Notes: a model not told the origin generated them from the letters alone. Shown: positions 34,817 through 51,170, counted from the stretch's first letter. The stretch is 64,000 nt of DNA from Schmidtea polychroa (GCA_044892525.1 CM097885.1:19036001-19100000), one strand, 5' to 3'. Made by a program: numbers and translations.

Positions 34817-35698
34817 TAAAACAATAAAGTGATAATTTAAGCCTTTTACTGCAAATAATGTATTTAATGAAAAACTTTTCGACTATAAGATAGTCCTTGT
34901 CAATCTCCTGGAAATTAGCAATCTCCTTCCCGAAAATACATTTCTATCTTTCTTTTATTTCCTTTTTCTTAATTCTCATTGGTTTATTAATATTATTATT
35001 ATTTAATTTAATGTAATTATCTGTCAGTAATTACGGCTTTCAATTTTATTTAAATAAGAAATTAAATTAAAATAAATGAACTCTCATCACAATCAAATAT
35101 AAATGTGGCTATATAATATCAAAACGCTTGAAAAAATACAGAAGCCACCAAAAGAATCATTTGAGTTGTCATATATAAGTGATTATTTTTAGCCAAGAGA
35201 TACCTGAAAAGTTAAATGAAAAATAACAATTATTTTTATACATAATATTAAATAACCATATCATGCCAAAAATACCTACAAAAATATTGTTTAAGAAATA
35301 AAATTATTCTCAAAAAACTAAATATATGTACTAAAAATGCGATAGCGAACATTATTATGTGAATAATTGAAAATGTAAAAAATAGCCAAATACATCTCAT
35401 GTTATTTTAATTAAAACTTTATAAATAATATAACATTTTAAATAATTTCATTTCCAATTTTGATAATTTTTATCTGAATTGTTTATTCATTATGTTTGTT
35501 TAAAAAAATTATTTTTTGTCCTTACAAAAGTCATGTGGGAAATATAAAAGAGTTATTTGTGCCAATTGCAACTCATGCATTGACAAATTAGAGTCTAAAT
35601 TCTAGTTAATATGCCTTAATTAATATTTGGTTTTAATTCATTAGGGTATATATAATAACACCAAGCACGTTAGAAAAATACTACATTTTATGAATGCT

Positions 35699-36687
35699 CA
35701 GGGCCGGTGCAAGGATACCTGGCGCACCTAGGCAAAGAAAAATTCATGCGCCGCTTATCAATACGTATACTTACATAGCATAGACAAATATAAACAAATT
35801 TCATTTAAAGAAAAAAATTGAGTTAACAAAAGGCTATTTAAATTGCACAATAGAGGAAAACTTTTGCAAAGATTTTCATTAACTCTTTTTTATGCATCAA
35901 TAATGCATTAACATACTTAATAATACATTCAAATGAAAGTTAAATATATATTGCAATCCAATATTTATTATGAGAAATTAATCTGTTTTTTGCTTTTGCT
36001 CTTGCCAATGTCTGAATTAATGTTTCGACGTCAATATTTCATGCAATTACGTGTTCAATTGATAATATTGCCAGACCAGTCAATCTTTCTTGAGCCATGG
36101 TCGAACTAGTGTATACCTTAATCAATTTTGAAAAATTTCTTTCTGAACTGGCTAGTGATACTGCATACAATACGCCTATTTTTTCTACAAATTCTACATA
36201 ATTTTCAACACTGATATCTAACTATCAACATTTGTTTTTGCTGTTTAAAAGTATAATTATTTATGTAACCCGTAGGCCGTAACGTACTATATAAATAGTT
36301 TAATAGTTTTAGTGATGTACTTACCATTTGTTTGTATTGTACAATTTTAAATTCTATATTTCATTCATAGAACCAGACAATCAGTATATGTATATTTGAA
36401 TGGAGGCTTGGAGATGCTTCTTGTTGACTAGACTAAGTAATAAGCGAAAGTACAAGACAGTTGAACTATTGGAAAGTTAAAAAAATGTAGGTTGACGGTT
36501 TATAATGTTTAGTGGATGACGACGGTACTGTCTTAGCGGACGTCATGCACATTCAGTGCAGTCCTCTTTGAAAGTAAAGAAAACGTAAAATTAGAGGCAG
36601 AAGTCCGATGAACAAATAGCATTAATTTCATTGCTCTGGTACCCCTAGGCAGTCACCTAGGTACGCATATTGGTAAAACCAGCCCTG
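35699..36687 (-). mobile_element. Internally deleted hAT element with a transposase dimerization-domain relic
   Basis: Ends CAGGGCCGGT / ACCAGCCCTG. Minus strand ~36050-36165 reads VSLASSERNFSKL..STMAQERLTGLAILSIEH. The TSD is degenerate. Confidence 0.75.
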
Positions 36688-39394
36688 TAAATAATACATT
36701 TTCATTTTATCATTCAATTATAAATAATCTTTTCAAAAACTACATGTTAAATTGTATCAATGAAATTGACAAATATCAAAATATTATTTCTCCTAAAACA
36801 TATAATAATCTGAAAAAATACATGATTAAAAAGACCTTTCTTTCTATGAGAAATAAAGATTTTAATATGATTAATGTAAAGATTTCTCTTATGTATTTAT
36901 ATAGAAATAAATTTTTTTAATTTTAAATCTTATTGTTTGAATGATGTCTTTGACATATTTGGTAATTATTTATTAATCATAATGCAAATTATTTGACTAT
37001 CATATAGCTCAGTTACTCTTCATGTCACTCGTTTACCTTTTGTATGATTAATGCATGTTTGGGTTGTTTTATAAATATTTCATGTTATATTATTGTATTT
37101 ACGTGTATTTCAATTTAAGAGAATTTTAAACAGTTTACAGTTTTTTTTGGTTAAAATATAGTAAAGCTTTTTAGAATATTATTACAAGATTTATTTATTT
37201 TTATTTATTTATTTATTTATTTATTTATTTTTTGAAACGACAGTTTAGTCACTAAATCTTGTTATTTAACGCTTATATGCATGTAAACCAATCAAAATAG
37301 GTTAACAATGCGCACATTCATGCAATTGGGAAGCAAAGTATAATCTTATAATAATAAAATATAAACATGTGTAAAACAAAAATGTAAGTATAAAAAGTAA
37401 GTAAGTTCTTATTTAATTTAAGCTCCTTTTAATAATTTTCTTCTTCATCACTATTCAACACAATAAGGCGAGGTTTTTTAGTCGAACAATATTATCACTT
37501 TCTGTTTTCTTTAAAAATTATGTCATTTTAGTTTGTTTGCTGGCTCTTAATAGTTCGTAGTAAATCTCATTATATGGAAACAGGCAATTTTTTGGCTTCT
37601 TTCATCAAAAGCGGCTTCAGTCAAAAAAAGATGATTAAAAAATATTTCGTCAAGGCAAATCATTTATTTAACTTTCTAATGTAAAATTAGTAACTTTCTT
37701 TAATTTTCATCAGACCTATCGTCTTCAAAATCAATTTTATTAATAACTTCGAACGACATTTCCACAAATTCCACTCCCCAATCTCTTCTATCACTAATAA
37801 ATCTTGAACGTCCTCCAAAATAAAACCCACATACATACTGTGTTTTAAGAGAGTTGTTGCATTTTCATTAACGTATTAGATAAAACTTTATTGTCAGATG
37901 GTTACCTATACTTGTCTTAATTATCGAATCTTAATTACACCGTTTCCAAATTGAATATGTTATAAGTAGATGATTTTTGTTTTTGTAATTCAATTTTTTC
38001 TGCTTATATCATATTGAATTTGGAAATAGTATATCATGATTTAGTTAATAAAATTGTTAACGACAGAGAGTTAATCCTTGAATCTTCTACATTCGTTACT
38101 AGTGACAGGGATTTACCTGATTATTTGATAAACATAGAATTTCAGACAAGAATTTCTATATAATAAATATTTTATTATCTTTAAAACTTTCTTGTTAGTT
38201 GAAATTGCTTTAAATATTTGAAACAATTTAACGTTAAAAATGGTTCGTCAAAGTTTGTTTTAATTAACTCTAAGGCATATGCAAAAATTACTTGATGTAT
38301 GGCCACGAGAATTGGAATATACAATACAATTTTTGGATAGAAGTGGAGGTTCCTTCTTCATATTTAAAAGAATTGCATTACCTCTGCAAGATTCATTATT
38401 ATATACAATGAATTCTTTATTTCTTAACTACTTTATAGAAAACTTTGATAGTTTGAAAAATTTGGTCCTAACAATAAAAAGAAGACTGGAACACACAATT
38501 CTAGATTTTTGTCTAAGGTGCCCGATCAAAGGTTTAGTAAACAATTAAAAAATACAATCAAAACCAGAAATTAATTATTTAGCAAAAAACCAAATCTACA
38601 GATGTTCAAATAAGTAAAGAAAAAAGCGCACTTGATCAATGTAGTGAATTGATATTCATTTGATGCAGAAACTGCGCTAAAGAACAGTGAAAATTTATCT
38701 TTTCACGTTTATAGAAGTGGAAATAATTTGTTTTACTGTATAAAACATCTATTTGAAAATTATTAAAAATCCGATTATATATATATATTTAGCAAACTTT
38801 TATAAAATTGTATATTTGCAATATATTGTTTTAAATATCTGTTTCACATCGGGAACCCTTTCCACTCACATTAGAAACTAAAATTCGAACAATTTATTTT
38901 TACCTAACAAACACTTTAAACAAAGCTCTACGTTTCTAAAATAGACATGTTGATTAAAAGGAAAATGCTTCTTCATTATTTATAATTATAATTTAAGAAT
39001 TTCTTGTTAATTTTAAATAGTTTTGAATATAAATTAAAACAAAAAGAATTAATTAATAGTGAAATTCTTCTACAATTCTCAGTTAAGAGACTTTCGTATA
39101 AATATTTTATTAATATAAATTTAAAATATTTTTATTATCACTTTCAAATATTGAGTTCTAAAATTAGTTTTATTTATAATTAATACGCCACATTTAATTC
39201 TAAAATTGTTATTTATTATTTCTGATAATATTTGCTGTCTGAAAATCAATATTGTAAAATTGTGTTTAAAAACTTTTCTTTTTCGAAATGACAATAATAA
39301 TTTACGACTTTTCTGCTGGCTCTTTTTAAATAATAAATTAATGCTTTATTGGAGCAACTAAATTATCAAGAATCGCTTGAGAATCAAAGTAATA

Positions 39395-39505
<111 letters not shown>

Positions 39506-39827
39506 GATCTTGCTGAAAAGTAGATTTTTATATGAAAAAATAAATTACATTTATATCATTCAACATTATGGTCAATCAAAAGTACCAAAGAACAAATAAA
39601 ATATCATTTAAGTTTCGTTAATTTGATAAACAGGCATCCAACGCGATATTTCATTTACTTCAAATGAATATTGAAATAAGCAAGTGAAAAATTTGTTAAT
39701 TTTATTTGACAGATAGACATTTTCTAATAAGAACGTAATTTTTTAATTAAATTTAAAACATATGTTATTAAACTACAAATCAGATTTTTCATTTATTTGT
39801 CCAAATAATCATAATAGTGATAAGACA

Positions 39828-39908
<81 letters not shown>

Positions 39909-42900
39909 TATACTAATTAATAAGATTTCATTAATAACTGCATTGCCCAACTGTAGATTTCCTTTTTCCTACTCGGTTGACATGTAACTAGATAATTATT
40001 ATTAAAATTAAAATAAATATATGAAATAATTGTAAAATCCTGGTTTGTTTACACAATAAAGTTTTTAAATTTACATTTCTTTGAGATATTATTACTTACA
40101 ATTTTTCTAAAATATTAAAAAATTATTTTATTTTAAAACTTAATTTATTCGATAAATAATTCAAATTATTTTCCTGAAAACAATTTATACACACAAAATC
40201 CAATGAACCATAAATAATTATCAAGAACGAGTCTCATTTAAATATCATTAAAAAGAAATTAACCGAAATATTATTCAGTTCGGTGGAAATAGTAACAGAA
40301 AATAAAATAAAATTTTTAATTTTAACTATACATAACAAATTTGACAGTTTGATAATAAATAATAATTATTGCTAGTTTATAGAAAAATAATAAAATATGA
40401 CAAACCCCATGATTAGATTTTGCAATTTTTCAGAAATGTCGTCTGAAAATGATTTAATACTTTCATGGCCACGGAAAAACAACCCCTTTTGAACATGTTA
40501 TTGTAAACAAATTCACCTGACAAGTTTAAGATAGATTATTTTGATAAAATAATTATGTATTTTTTGTTAGGGGATATGTGAAAATTTGGAAAATTAACTA
40601 CTTAATATTTTGTGATGCTTTGGTCATACAGTCAGAAGTATGTTATCAAAGGTTTTTGATAAAAACATTAAGTATATGAAATGATCAGTGATTCAATACA
40701 AAGGTATGAAAATCAACATTTTGATAATCATAAAGGTCAAGAATTTACACCAACAATAATGCTTTACACATTTATTGTATCATTTTCTTGTTAAGGACAA
40801 GTATCCAACATTTCATTATTAAGGTGGTATGTTTCGAAATATCGAGACTTGAAACTTTGATATATAATTCGCATGTCATATCCAATCTACAGCATACATT
40901 CATTTTACTATTTATTCAATTGTTATTTATTTAGCTAATATTTGTTTAATTAATTAAATTAATTACATTATCATAAATTATACCCTTGTTTTTCTATAAT
41001 TTTAAAAATGAAATATATAGATGTCTACCTGTTTAAAATAAAATGTTCGATAAGATTTTTAATGACAGATTAGTTTCTATTTTATTTGACTCTCGTCGGT
41101 ATCTTGTAAGAAATTGATCCCATCCGGGATTGAATCAATGACTCGGCAATCAAATATAATTTTTTGACTACTCCAATCTCGCAACATATTAATTCAATAT
41201 TTTAATACCTTGACTATAAATATCGTAAAATTAAGTAATAATTATTACTAAAAATTGAAATTATTTTCACATTGTTATTTGTTTATTTTTATCCGAAATT
41301 AACAGAATTAATTTCCTATTTCTCCATAATCAACCTTTAATCAAACCATAGAAAACTTTACAACGATTTCAATAAGTCAGATCCGAACAATTTCTTGTTG
41401 AAAGTATTAAAGGAAATGTCAATCTTCCAGTGACAGCTTTAAATGAAAATACTTAATAAATTAATCAAATCATTTTGATGATTCTAATCAAATTGCATTA
41501 TAAAAAAATACTTTCGTACTCTTATTAATTAAATTTAAATGTGAAATACCTTATATAATTTCTTAAACAAAACAGTATTTATTCACTAATTTAAATTTTT
41601 TTTATTTATTTAAAAAAATATAACATACAATACATGTCCAATAAGCATAATATAAAAAGGTAAATGTAAATGCTGAAATTTTGTAAGAATTTAATGTTTT
41701 TTGTTGTTGTCAGTGATTCATTGACCAACTGCATAATAGACTATTTCTTTTCATAAATAATAGAAAAAAACTGAATCCAAAAAATCATTTTGAAAGTCCT
41801 GAAATTATGAGAGAACTCCAAGAAAATAGTTTAGTATCAAAAAGAAAAAAGCAAAAAAAATTTCTCGAAAACGATTTTATTTTTTTAAAAATAAATAAAA
41901 TATTATGGTGACAATTTAAATTAAGAAAACATTTATAAATATATTTGGAGAAATTGTTTAGACAGAAGGGAGTCACGTATAAAAAATATTGTGCTGGGAC
42001 TGTTGGAATATTTGTATGTTTTTTGGGAATGTTATCTTGAATATAAAATTTAGTTGTTATTTTATTAAAATCGTTTTATTTATCTCCATCTTTCTAAATA
42101 TGAATATAAGATCCAAAATTAATTTAATGAAAATAAGTCAAATTCCAATCTATGTCCTTCTTGTTATTATTTAAACTAATTTCCTTGAGATACTTTTTAA
42201 ATAATTCATAATAGCAGTTTCATACAAATATAACATCTAATTAAATTTTATACGCGTTAAAACTTTAATAGTTTTAAAATATATATTCCGAAATATATTC
42301 AAAACATTTTTATAAAATTTTTCCAACAATTTCTATAAAGGTTTATATTAAATTTGACATTCAGATTATATGATTTTCAACAATTTTCGAATACACACTT
42401 GATAAAGGCAGTGCTAAAAATTCGTGAATATCAAAAAAACATCAATATATTTACTGATTCATAGTCAAGGTTTTTTAGTGGTGATAATGAAGGGGAAAAA
42501 ATAAAAATTATTTAAATTTATGAACAAAAATATAAGTATATAAACCACATTTAATGCTGAAATAATAATTCTGACTATTTTGTTTGTATTCAATTCTTTA
42601 TCCAAAGTTTATTATTTCCTCGCTAATTTTTGATCTTTCTTTAGATATTTTTTATATTTTAAATTCAAACTCAAATTTATTTATTTTATTAACCTTCATC
42701 TCAATAGGAGATTAACAGCTTTTGGAATAAGTTTTAGATTTAACAATAACAAATTTATTTAGTTTATAATTTTTATTATGCTCAGAAATATTAATCATTA
42801 CATTGTGTTAGCAATGCTTTTGAACATGTGTACTGAGATAATGCACAGTTCGCAAAATAAAGACAACACCATTACAACATTATTAATAAGTTTGAGAATT

Positions 42901-45900
42901 AAACACAAAGTGTAGAATATAAATAATTTGAAAAATTCAAATATACGTGTAATAAAATAATAAAGTAATTTGTTTAAATGTTATTTTAATTTTAGTAATT
43001 ATTTATATATTTTACAAAAGTTAAATTAAAACATTTTCACATTAAATAATTAATAAACTAGACAGAAATAAGTAAATGAAATAATTTTCTCAATAATATT
43101 TTCTGTAAAATTCTAAAATTTATTATTTGTGATACATACAAAAAATAGATTTTTTTATTATAGGAAGTAACATTTTCTTTCATCTTGAATATTTGCAATA
43201 AATTTAGAACTGCGAGTGTTCAACTGACAAAGGAAACATTGAGAACGATTTCATTTTAATCAGATATGCGAAACCAGAATGTTAAACAATAAAAATGTAA
43301 ATTAAAAATATTTTTTCAAAATGAAAAAAGTCCAAGTTATTTTTAAAGTTTACAACTGCTTATTGTTTTATTAATAAAAAATAAATAAAATTTTATTATA
43401 TTTTAAAATTGACATGATAGTTTCAATAACATAAAAAATGCAAATTTAGAAGAAAACATTTTGTTTGATAGATAATGGATTTATTAAAATGTTATTTAAA
43501 AGGAGTAAATTGAACAGTAATTGTTAAGTAGTTATAAAAAGGACGAATATTTATTTGTCATGTAGATTACAAAATCAAGAACAAATTGCACATTATATAT
43601 TTGAGTCCCACAAGTCATTCGAAAGTCATACAGTTACAGTTACAAAAATTAGATTTAGAAATGTTTTTCTTTTATTTAATGTTTGTATGAGATTTCTTTA
43701 CAAAGAGAACTGAAATCTGAAGGCAGTAGACAGAAATTATTCAGAAAAATATCAATTTTTAACATTTTAATTTTAAGTTATAATTAAAATAAATTTAAGT
43801 AAATATTTTAAAATTAAAAGAAATTTAATAGTTTTTAGAAATAAAAATATAAAATTGATTTTTTATTTATATTGAGAATATATATATTTTTAAAGAGAAA
43901 ACCCTTTAAATATTAGTAATATTAAATCTTTAGTTTTTATTTTAAATTTGATATTTAATTTTATTTAAACAAATTTTAAACCAATGTAAAAGCATGAAAT
44001 ACATTTGAAAAGAAACCCAGCAAGCTTTGAACATTTTGGCTAATTTCTGACATATTTGTAAAAGATTATTAAATAATTAATTAATTATTAAATATTTGCA
44101 CTAATAAATGTTTTGGAGCAAAGGTTTTTCTTGTTTAACATAAAATATGAATTAATAATTAATTTCTAATTTAAGTTTTCTGGAATTTTACAATTTAGAA
44201 ATTTTATACTCTACAATTTTAATTGAATGCGTAACATAAATTTATTAACAAAACAACAAAAGAATTTTCATAAAATCTCATCTTATTGTACATTTTGTGA
44301 ATGTGTATAAAATTCTTAATTCGGACCATTTTGTTAAAAATACTGTCATTTCTTGATGAATAGCAATTTGTGAAACTTGTTTTTAAGCAATTCTTCCTAT
44401 AAAATGTTTGGACCTTAAAGAAAAAGGGTTTGAAAACATATCAGTTGTGTAAATCCATCCATTATTTGGAAGAAAATTAACAAACCGTTATTTCACATAA
44501 TAAATAGGGTTTATTTTGCTGTTTTTTATGCAAATTTGGATTAAACAATCTCATTTTATACTTTTTGAAATGATACGACATTTTTAAATCGAATTTATTA
44601 TAAGCAGACAGTTTATATGCTACACTGTCTTGTCGGTGTAAAGAAAATACAGTAAAGAATAATTAACTCAAAATTGAGTGATCATTATTTTATTTTATGA
44701 ATGTGGATTGAACCAGATATATTTTGCATTTATTCTCTGTTTCTGACCTTATCTCACTAATACGTATTTGTGCGAACATCGAGTAGTTTACATCAAAATG
44801 CAAATATTACAGTACGTATAATCATAAATTAAGGTTTATGTATATGATATAATTAATTTATATTTAGACAAAATAAACACACCTACTTGAAATAAGGACA
44901 ATTATTAAGGTCATTAGTGTTATTTACGGACATAACACTAAACATAACAATCATATAATAAAATATGCACACATATAAACAAAATTATGGGTAGCAATCA
45001 TTTACTACGAGATTTCTAAATTAGAAAAATGCACAATTTGAGGGTTTCCTAGCGTTTTATCACATTACACATTTTTATAAGTAGTCGAGAAGCATATTTG
45101 AAGGTATTTTAGAAATTTGGGAAAAGATGATAAATTGCCCGAAATTATTGGAAATATAGGAGAAAAACATTGAAAAACGTAATTTATAAATACTCAGAAA
45201 TTGGTAAAAAAAGATTAATCTAAATCATGGAACAAGAAGAAAATTACCGCAATCAGATGAAAATATTTTCCTAAAATAATTTTTAATTGAAAAGATTTTA
45301 TAATATCTTCAAAAATGTATTTAATGACAAATCTTACCGTTGTATTCATAATAAATACGAAATTTGAATTTTAATAAAAATATTATTAACATAAAAAAAT
45401 TAAAATTATTTTCTTAAACTTCAGAAAAATGTAAATTTAATGAAAAATCTAACTATTAATTTACCATTTTCCTATAATATTTGTCATTGTTGCACATTTT
45501 TTTTGCGCTTTGATGATCTTGTACCGTAAATGAAAAAAATTGCACGCAAAAACAAATCCAACATAAGTAACTTTTAATAAATAAATACTATGCCCACCAA
45601 AGTTTATTTGATTATATTGTATTGTCATTTAAAATATGTAATAGACAAACAAACTATTATATTTTGATTTATAAATATAATATTTTAAATTTAAAAATAA
45701 ATGATAAATAAAATGTTATCGGTAGTAATTATGTGTTTGTAACATTTGCAATGATAATTTGTTCCTTACTTTTTATTGTTAGTCGTGAAATTGCTTTGAT
45801 ATTCGGACAAAGAAAAAATGGAAATTTTCAGTCGATTTGTTTAAATTGGTTGATAATAGAAAATAAAAGAAGACTTCAATATGACAACTCGTGGAAATTG

Positions 45901-46176
45901 AATAATGGAAAATATCGATTTAAAAATAATTCCTCTTCCATCAATCTTCTGTCGTGGACGTATTTTGGTCTCGTTTGTTTGAATGCATTGAATTTAGTTA
46001 TCTGGATTAGTTGATTAAAAATGCTTTCATTCAAAATTATAATTTTTCGAAATATCGATTTCTTTCTTTACCTAATTTTTAAAAATTAACTTTAAAAAAT
46101 TAATCATTATGAAAATGTCAAATTTGTTTATTTATTTCAATCTTAATTTATTTTATTTGTATTTAAATTTATACTG

Positions 46177-46235
<59 letters not shown>

Positions 46236-48699
46236 ACAGGATACACGAAGAAACGTAAAGAAGGTTGAATTATATAATTTGTTTATTTATATTTTACTTT
46301 TAATCGTCATGTACGTACGTTCATCTGAAATTATAAAATTACAAAAATTAAATTTAAAAAAATTATTACAACTGATTTATAGTACGGAGATATTAGAATA
46401 AATAATAAAATCATTTTATGTTTTGTCTTTCAAAAAGTATTTTCAATTATATTATTCGTTATGAATAATTGTGTTATAGAAAAATTATAAATCGCTCCAT
46501 AAATCAAATTAAATGATATTTTCAAAGGAAATCTGTTACTTTGCCTAAATTTTTTCACAACAATAGATTTTTTATTATTACGTGAATTTATTAGCCATTT
46601 ATAAAAATTAGTTCTTTAAATCAATTATTAAATTGAAAATATTGTAAAACCTTTGGCAAATTTAGTTTGAAAAATTTTTGAATTTTGTTAGTCCATTTTC
46701 TTTTAATGATATAATTTTGAAAAAAAAACATTTTTCATTTGTAAAATTAATTGTCATTTTGTATTTGTTTAGTAATTTCGTGCAATAAAATATTTTTCGA
46801 ACCATTTTTAAATATTATTAACAAAATTTATATAAATCCTTTTTGATAATAAATTAAAATTTCAAATAAAATATTTTAAAATTCTAACATTTTCTATTCT
46901 GAATCGAAGAGGTTTACAATTTTGTTTAATTCTAACTTGAAGAAATTTTAGCAATAAATACTATTTTTTCTGGAATGCGTTTTATCATTTGTTGGGATTT
47001 ATTAAGATTGTTAGAATCAAAGCATATGAAATAATAATAAGAAGAAATATTATCATGTTTTTCACATAGGCCATTTTAAATAATTATTGCCTGTCAGTAT
47101 TTTTACTGTAATTTATCAAATATGAATTTATATTTTCAAATTTATTCTAATAAATTTGTTTACTTAACAATATATATTTATATAATAACAGTCACTAAAT
47201 AATGACATCGATTTAAATAAAACTAAAAGCGCCAAATACAATATATACAATAAACTACAATATATTTCGACATACTCACTGTCATCGTCAGGTAGAATCG
47301 AAATTCAATCTAAATCAATCTATATTGGTCTTTTTTTAAACAAACTAATTCATTAATTTTTTTAAATATAATTTTGCTAAAATTTCATAAAATTCTGTTT
47401 TTCTCAATTCGAAATTTTCAAAATTCACAAAAGTTGTAATCAAACAACATTTCAATAAATCTTTTACAAAATTTTGTTTACTAATATTAATCAATTCACT
47501 CAGAGAACAGTGATAAAGAAATTGAGACCGAGATGACGGGCAGTTATTCCAATGTATGTAGTCTTAAACTCATGACATAAATATTCATAACCAAGATCCA
47601 AAAACCATCTAAGTAGGACTTGAAATCAACTAACAAACACGAAGTTAAAAAAGCAGGAATTAGAAACAACCTTACAACATTGAATACACAACTTCTTGTC
47701 CAAAATCTTTAGACAAACTGTATAACACTACAAATACAGAAATGTAAACTTAAACATAAAATTGTGTTTGCTGATATAAATCAATTTCATTATATATATA
47801 TTTAAAGTTTGTATTTGTCTATTGAATTATTATTTTTCATAATTTATTTTAATAATAACTCTTATGAAAGGAATTTTTTATTTCATATACAGTAAAAACA
47901 CATAATACAATTTGACTTTATATTTCATAATTTTGGATTTTCAATATTTTAATTATATATTTTGTAATTACATTAAAACTTTATTCTGTTAAAACATAAA
48001 ATTTGTATAAAAAATTCAAATAAATATGTAATCCGAACCTTAATAGTTATTTGCAACCGAACAATTACTATTTTAAAGAGTTAGTTTTTATGAGCAAAAT
48101 GTAAATATCGACATGATATTTACATTTTAATGTTATTTATTCATTGTATATTAACAATGATTCTTTGTAAATTTATTAATTATTTTTAAATTTAATATTT
48201 TAAAATGCATTTTAAGATTTAAAATATTTTAATTATAATTTTATATTAATATATTTTATTAAACAAATTAATTAAAAGTGTTATTGTCGACATTGAACCT
48301 TTCAGTAGGAAAACAAAATTACCCAGTTTGACAGGTGTATTAGCAAATTAAAATTAAGATTATGATGAGTTCTAATTAGATGGATATGCCCCCTCCAGAC
48401 CACCTCGCCACTATGAAAAGTAGTAATAACTAAAATATATTTTTAAGAAAATAAGGTTACATAACCGTGACAACCGATCAAATATTTAGTAGATCATGGA
48501 ATTTTTAATATTTATTACTCATTTTCAAAACAATAATCAACCCAGATCTTTATAATAAATAATTAGGTCGAAAACACACACACACATTTTATACTACATT
48601 ATGATGGTACTAAGACCTTCAACAGTTCAACTATGATGAGTCAAAACCCTCAAATGGTTAAATATTTTGTTACTACACAATAATAATACAAATAATACA

Positions 48700-48769
<70 letters not shown>

Positions 48770-49091
48770 TTAATAAATAAATGATAATTATACATCGTAG
48801 CAATAAATATATTGCAATACACATGTATGACTAATAAAAACATGTGCAATACAAGTGCATGATTTGCAAAGATTAACACAGACTAATAAAGACATTAAAA
48901 TATATCTTTTTATTAATTTACTTAAGAGATATGATTTCTTAATGATAAATTCTCCTCTTATGATACTTTACAACATCAAAGGTTTGTTATTGAAATTTTT
49001 AAAAATTTGAACTTTGAATAAATATTTCAATTTATATACCAATCATTGAATATTGTCTCTTTTCAACGATATATAGATCATTATTGTTTAA

Positions 49092-49619
49092 TTAATGCCG
49101 ACAGGGCAACTCGTACACTTCATCGGCCACCTCATAATCTGACAGACAAATGGAACATGTATCATTAGCTTTGGTGATTTTCTTGACTTGTAATTTCTCA
49201 ATATCTGCCTCATTTGCTGGTGGAGGACCACTCTGTTCAAATTGATTCATAATTCTCGTTACAAAATTTTCTAAACTTTGATCTGAAAATATGTAATCTG
49301 ACGAATCTGATCTAAAATCTAGAGGTAGCAATCCACCAAATAAATTTGATATTAGTTGGCCAAAAACACTATTTCTGTTATCAAGATCTCTTGGAGTAAT
49401 AAAAAAGGAACCATCAGTTTCGGTTGTAGTACTTCCACCAGGAATATGACGAATAATATGAAAAACATTCAAGGCATCATCATCACTTTCCATTGAGTTA
49501 TCAGATTCAATTCTTTCAATAAATCCATCATTGCACGTCACACATTTACCATTCTGAGATATGTGAACGTCCCTGTTTCATTTATGATAATAGTAATTAT
49601 CTGTATTAATCGTAGTCAT
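49092..49619 (-). pseudogene. Processed pseudogene of an RNF115/RNF126-like RING-H2 E3 ligase
   Basis: ATG at 49619 and in-frame TGA at codon 14 in the N-terminal Zn finger. Contains CVTCNDGFIE, GPPPA and CSICLSDY...LPCRH, then is truncated mid-RING. No introns. Confidence 0.8.
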
Positions 49620-50784
49620 TAAACAAATTTACAAAAATTTATTTTCAAAACAATCACAAAACCTACCAAATTTAAAGAACTGATATCAAATCCAAACTTC
49701 ATAAAAAATCCAAAAATTCGATATCATTCGACAATTGTCGATAATGAAATGCTCCAAAATTACACTGATCGCGTCTGTGTGATCATAAATGATTGCAAAC
49801 CCTTTTTTTATGAAATTCAAAAGGTTTGAACTATTTTAGAAGGTTTTTGACTGTGTGTGTTTGAATTAATTATTTATTAAATAAAACTATTTAGTGATTG
49901 TGTGTGTCTGTGATCTACTTATTTATTATAGTAGTCAGGGAAAACTGTTGTTTAGAAAATGAGGCATACATTATACATCACAATATCTTATTTGAATTGG
50001 ATTAAGAAAATGTCAAACTTACTATTTATTTCAGTACAATTTATAATCTTTTAATTATTATTGTTGAAATAATATTTTTTGAGACAAATACAAACTATTT
50101 AATATCAACAATATAAATTTCAATCATGCATTATTCATAAAAATTGTAGAATTTAAAACTTTAAATATTTATTTTTTAATAAATACAATGTCAATGGAAA
50201 AGAAATCTGTGGTGAAATTTGAAAAAATTGTTCTTATAATTTTTTTTTATTTCTAATTTTTTCTCCTCACATCTACTACTAATAATTTAGTTAAGTTGGT
50301 CATGTTTGTATTTTTAGAATAACTTTTTTATTAATTCTAAAATACAGTTTTTGAACATCTACCAATATTTACAAATGCAATGACGCTTTGTTTAAAATTA
50401 CAAAAAAGCTATTAAATTTTAATTTGTTGTTTGAATTATTGAAATCAATATTGGTTATTTGGAATCAGGAACACGTTATTTAATTCAAATTTTAATTAAT
50501 GTTTGCGACAAAGTAATTTAGACAGGAAATTTTGTTATTTACTTTACGGTTAACAGAAATGATCATCTAAATTGATCAGGATGTTTTCCATTAATTTTTA
50601 AAATGATTACATAGATGGTAATTTTATGAGAGTTTCAATTACTTCACTTCATATAGAAAACATCAAAGATAAATTAATAATATATGTTTTTATATTTAAA
50701 AAATTGAAATTCTTTTATTAATAATATTGCTTAGTAGAGTTAAAATGAAATTTCAAATCAATATTGATAATAATAATAATAATG

Positions 50785-50964
<180 letters not shown>

Positions 50965-50974
50965 GTATAAAGTT

Positions 50975-51166
50975 ATGATTTCTTGGTAGCAGCATTTATT
51001 ATTTAAAACAATAAAGTGATAATTAAGGCCTTTTGATGCAAATAATGTTTCGACTATAAGATAGTCCTTGTCAAGGAGATTGACAAGGACTATCTTATAG
51101 TCGAAAAAATTTTCATTAAATACATTATTTCCAGCAAAAGGCTTAAATTATCACTTTATTGTTTTA

Positions 51167-51170
<4 letters not shown>
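50975..51170. repeat. Inverted junction of a dispersed (AAT)n-associated repeat; other copies at ~31870-31945, ~34815-34915, ~54195-54275 and ~62720-62890
   Basis: Shared core AAGCCTTTT.CTGCAAATAATG...TTTCGACTATAAGATAGTCCTTGTCAA. Here TTTCGACTATAAGATAGTCCTTGTCAA is followed by its reverse complement. Confidence 0.75.

Noticed and set aside
37745..37820. Kinase Gly-loop-like string on the minus strand (DLLVIEEIG/SGICGNVV)
   Set aside because: It needs a frameshift, and I found no convincing downstream kinase motifs.
38279..38548. 89-aa ORF
   Set aside because: No recognisable motif or splice support.
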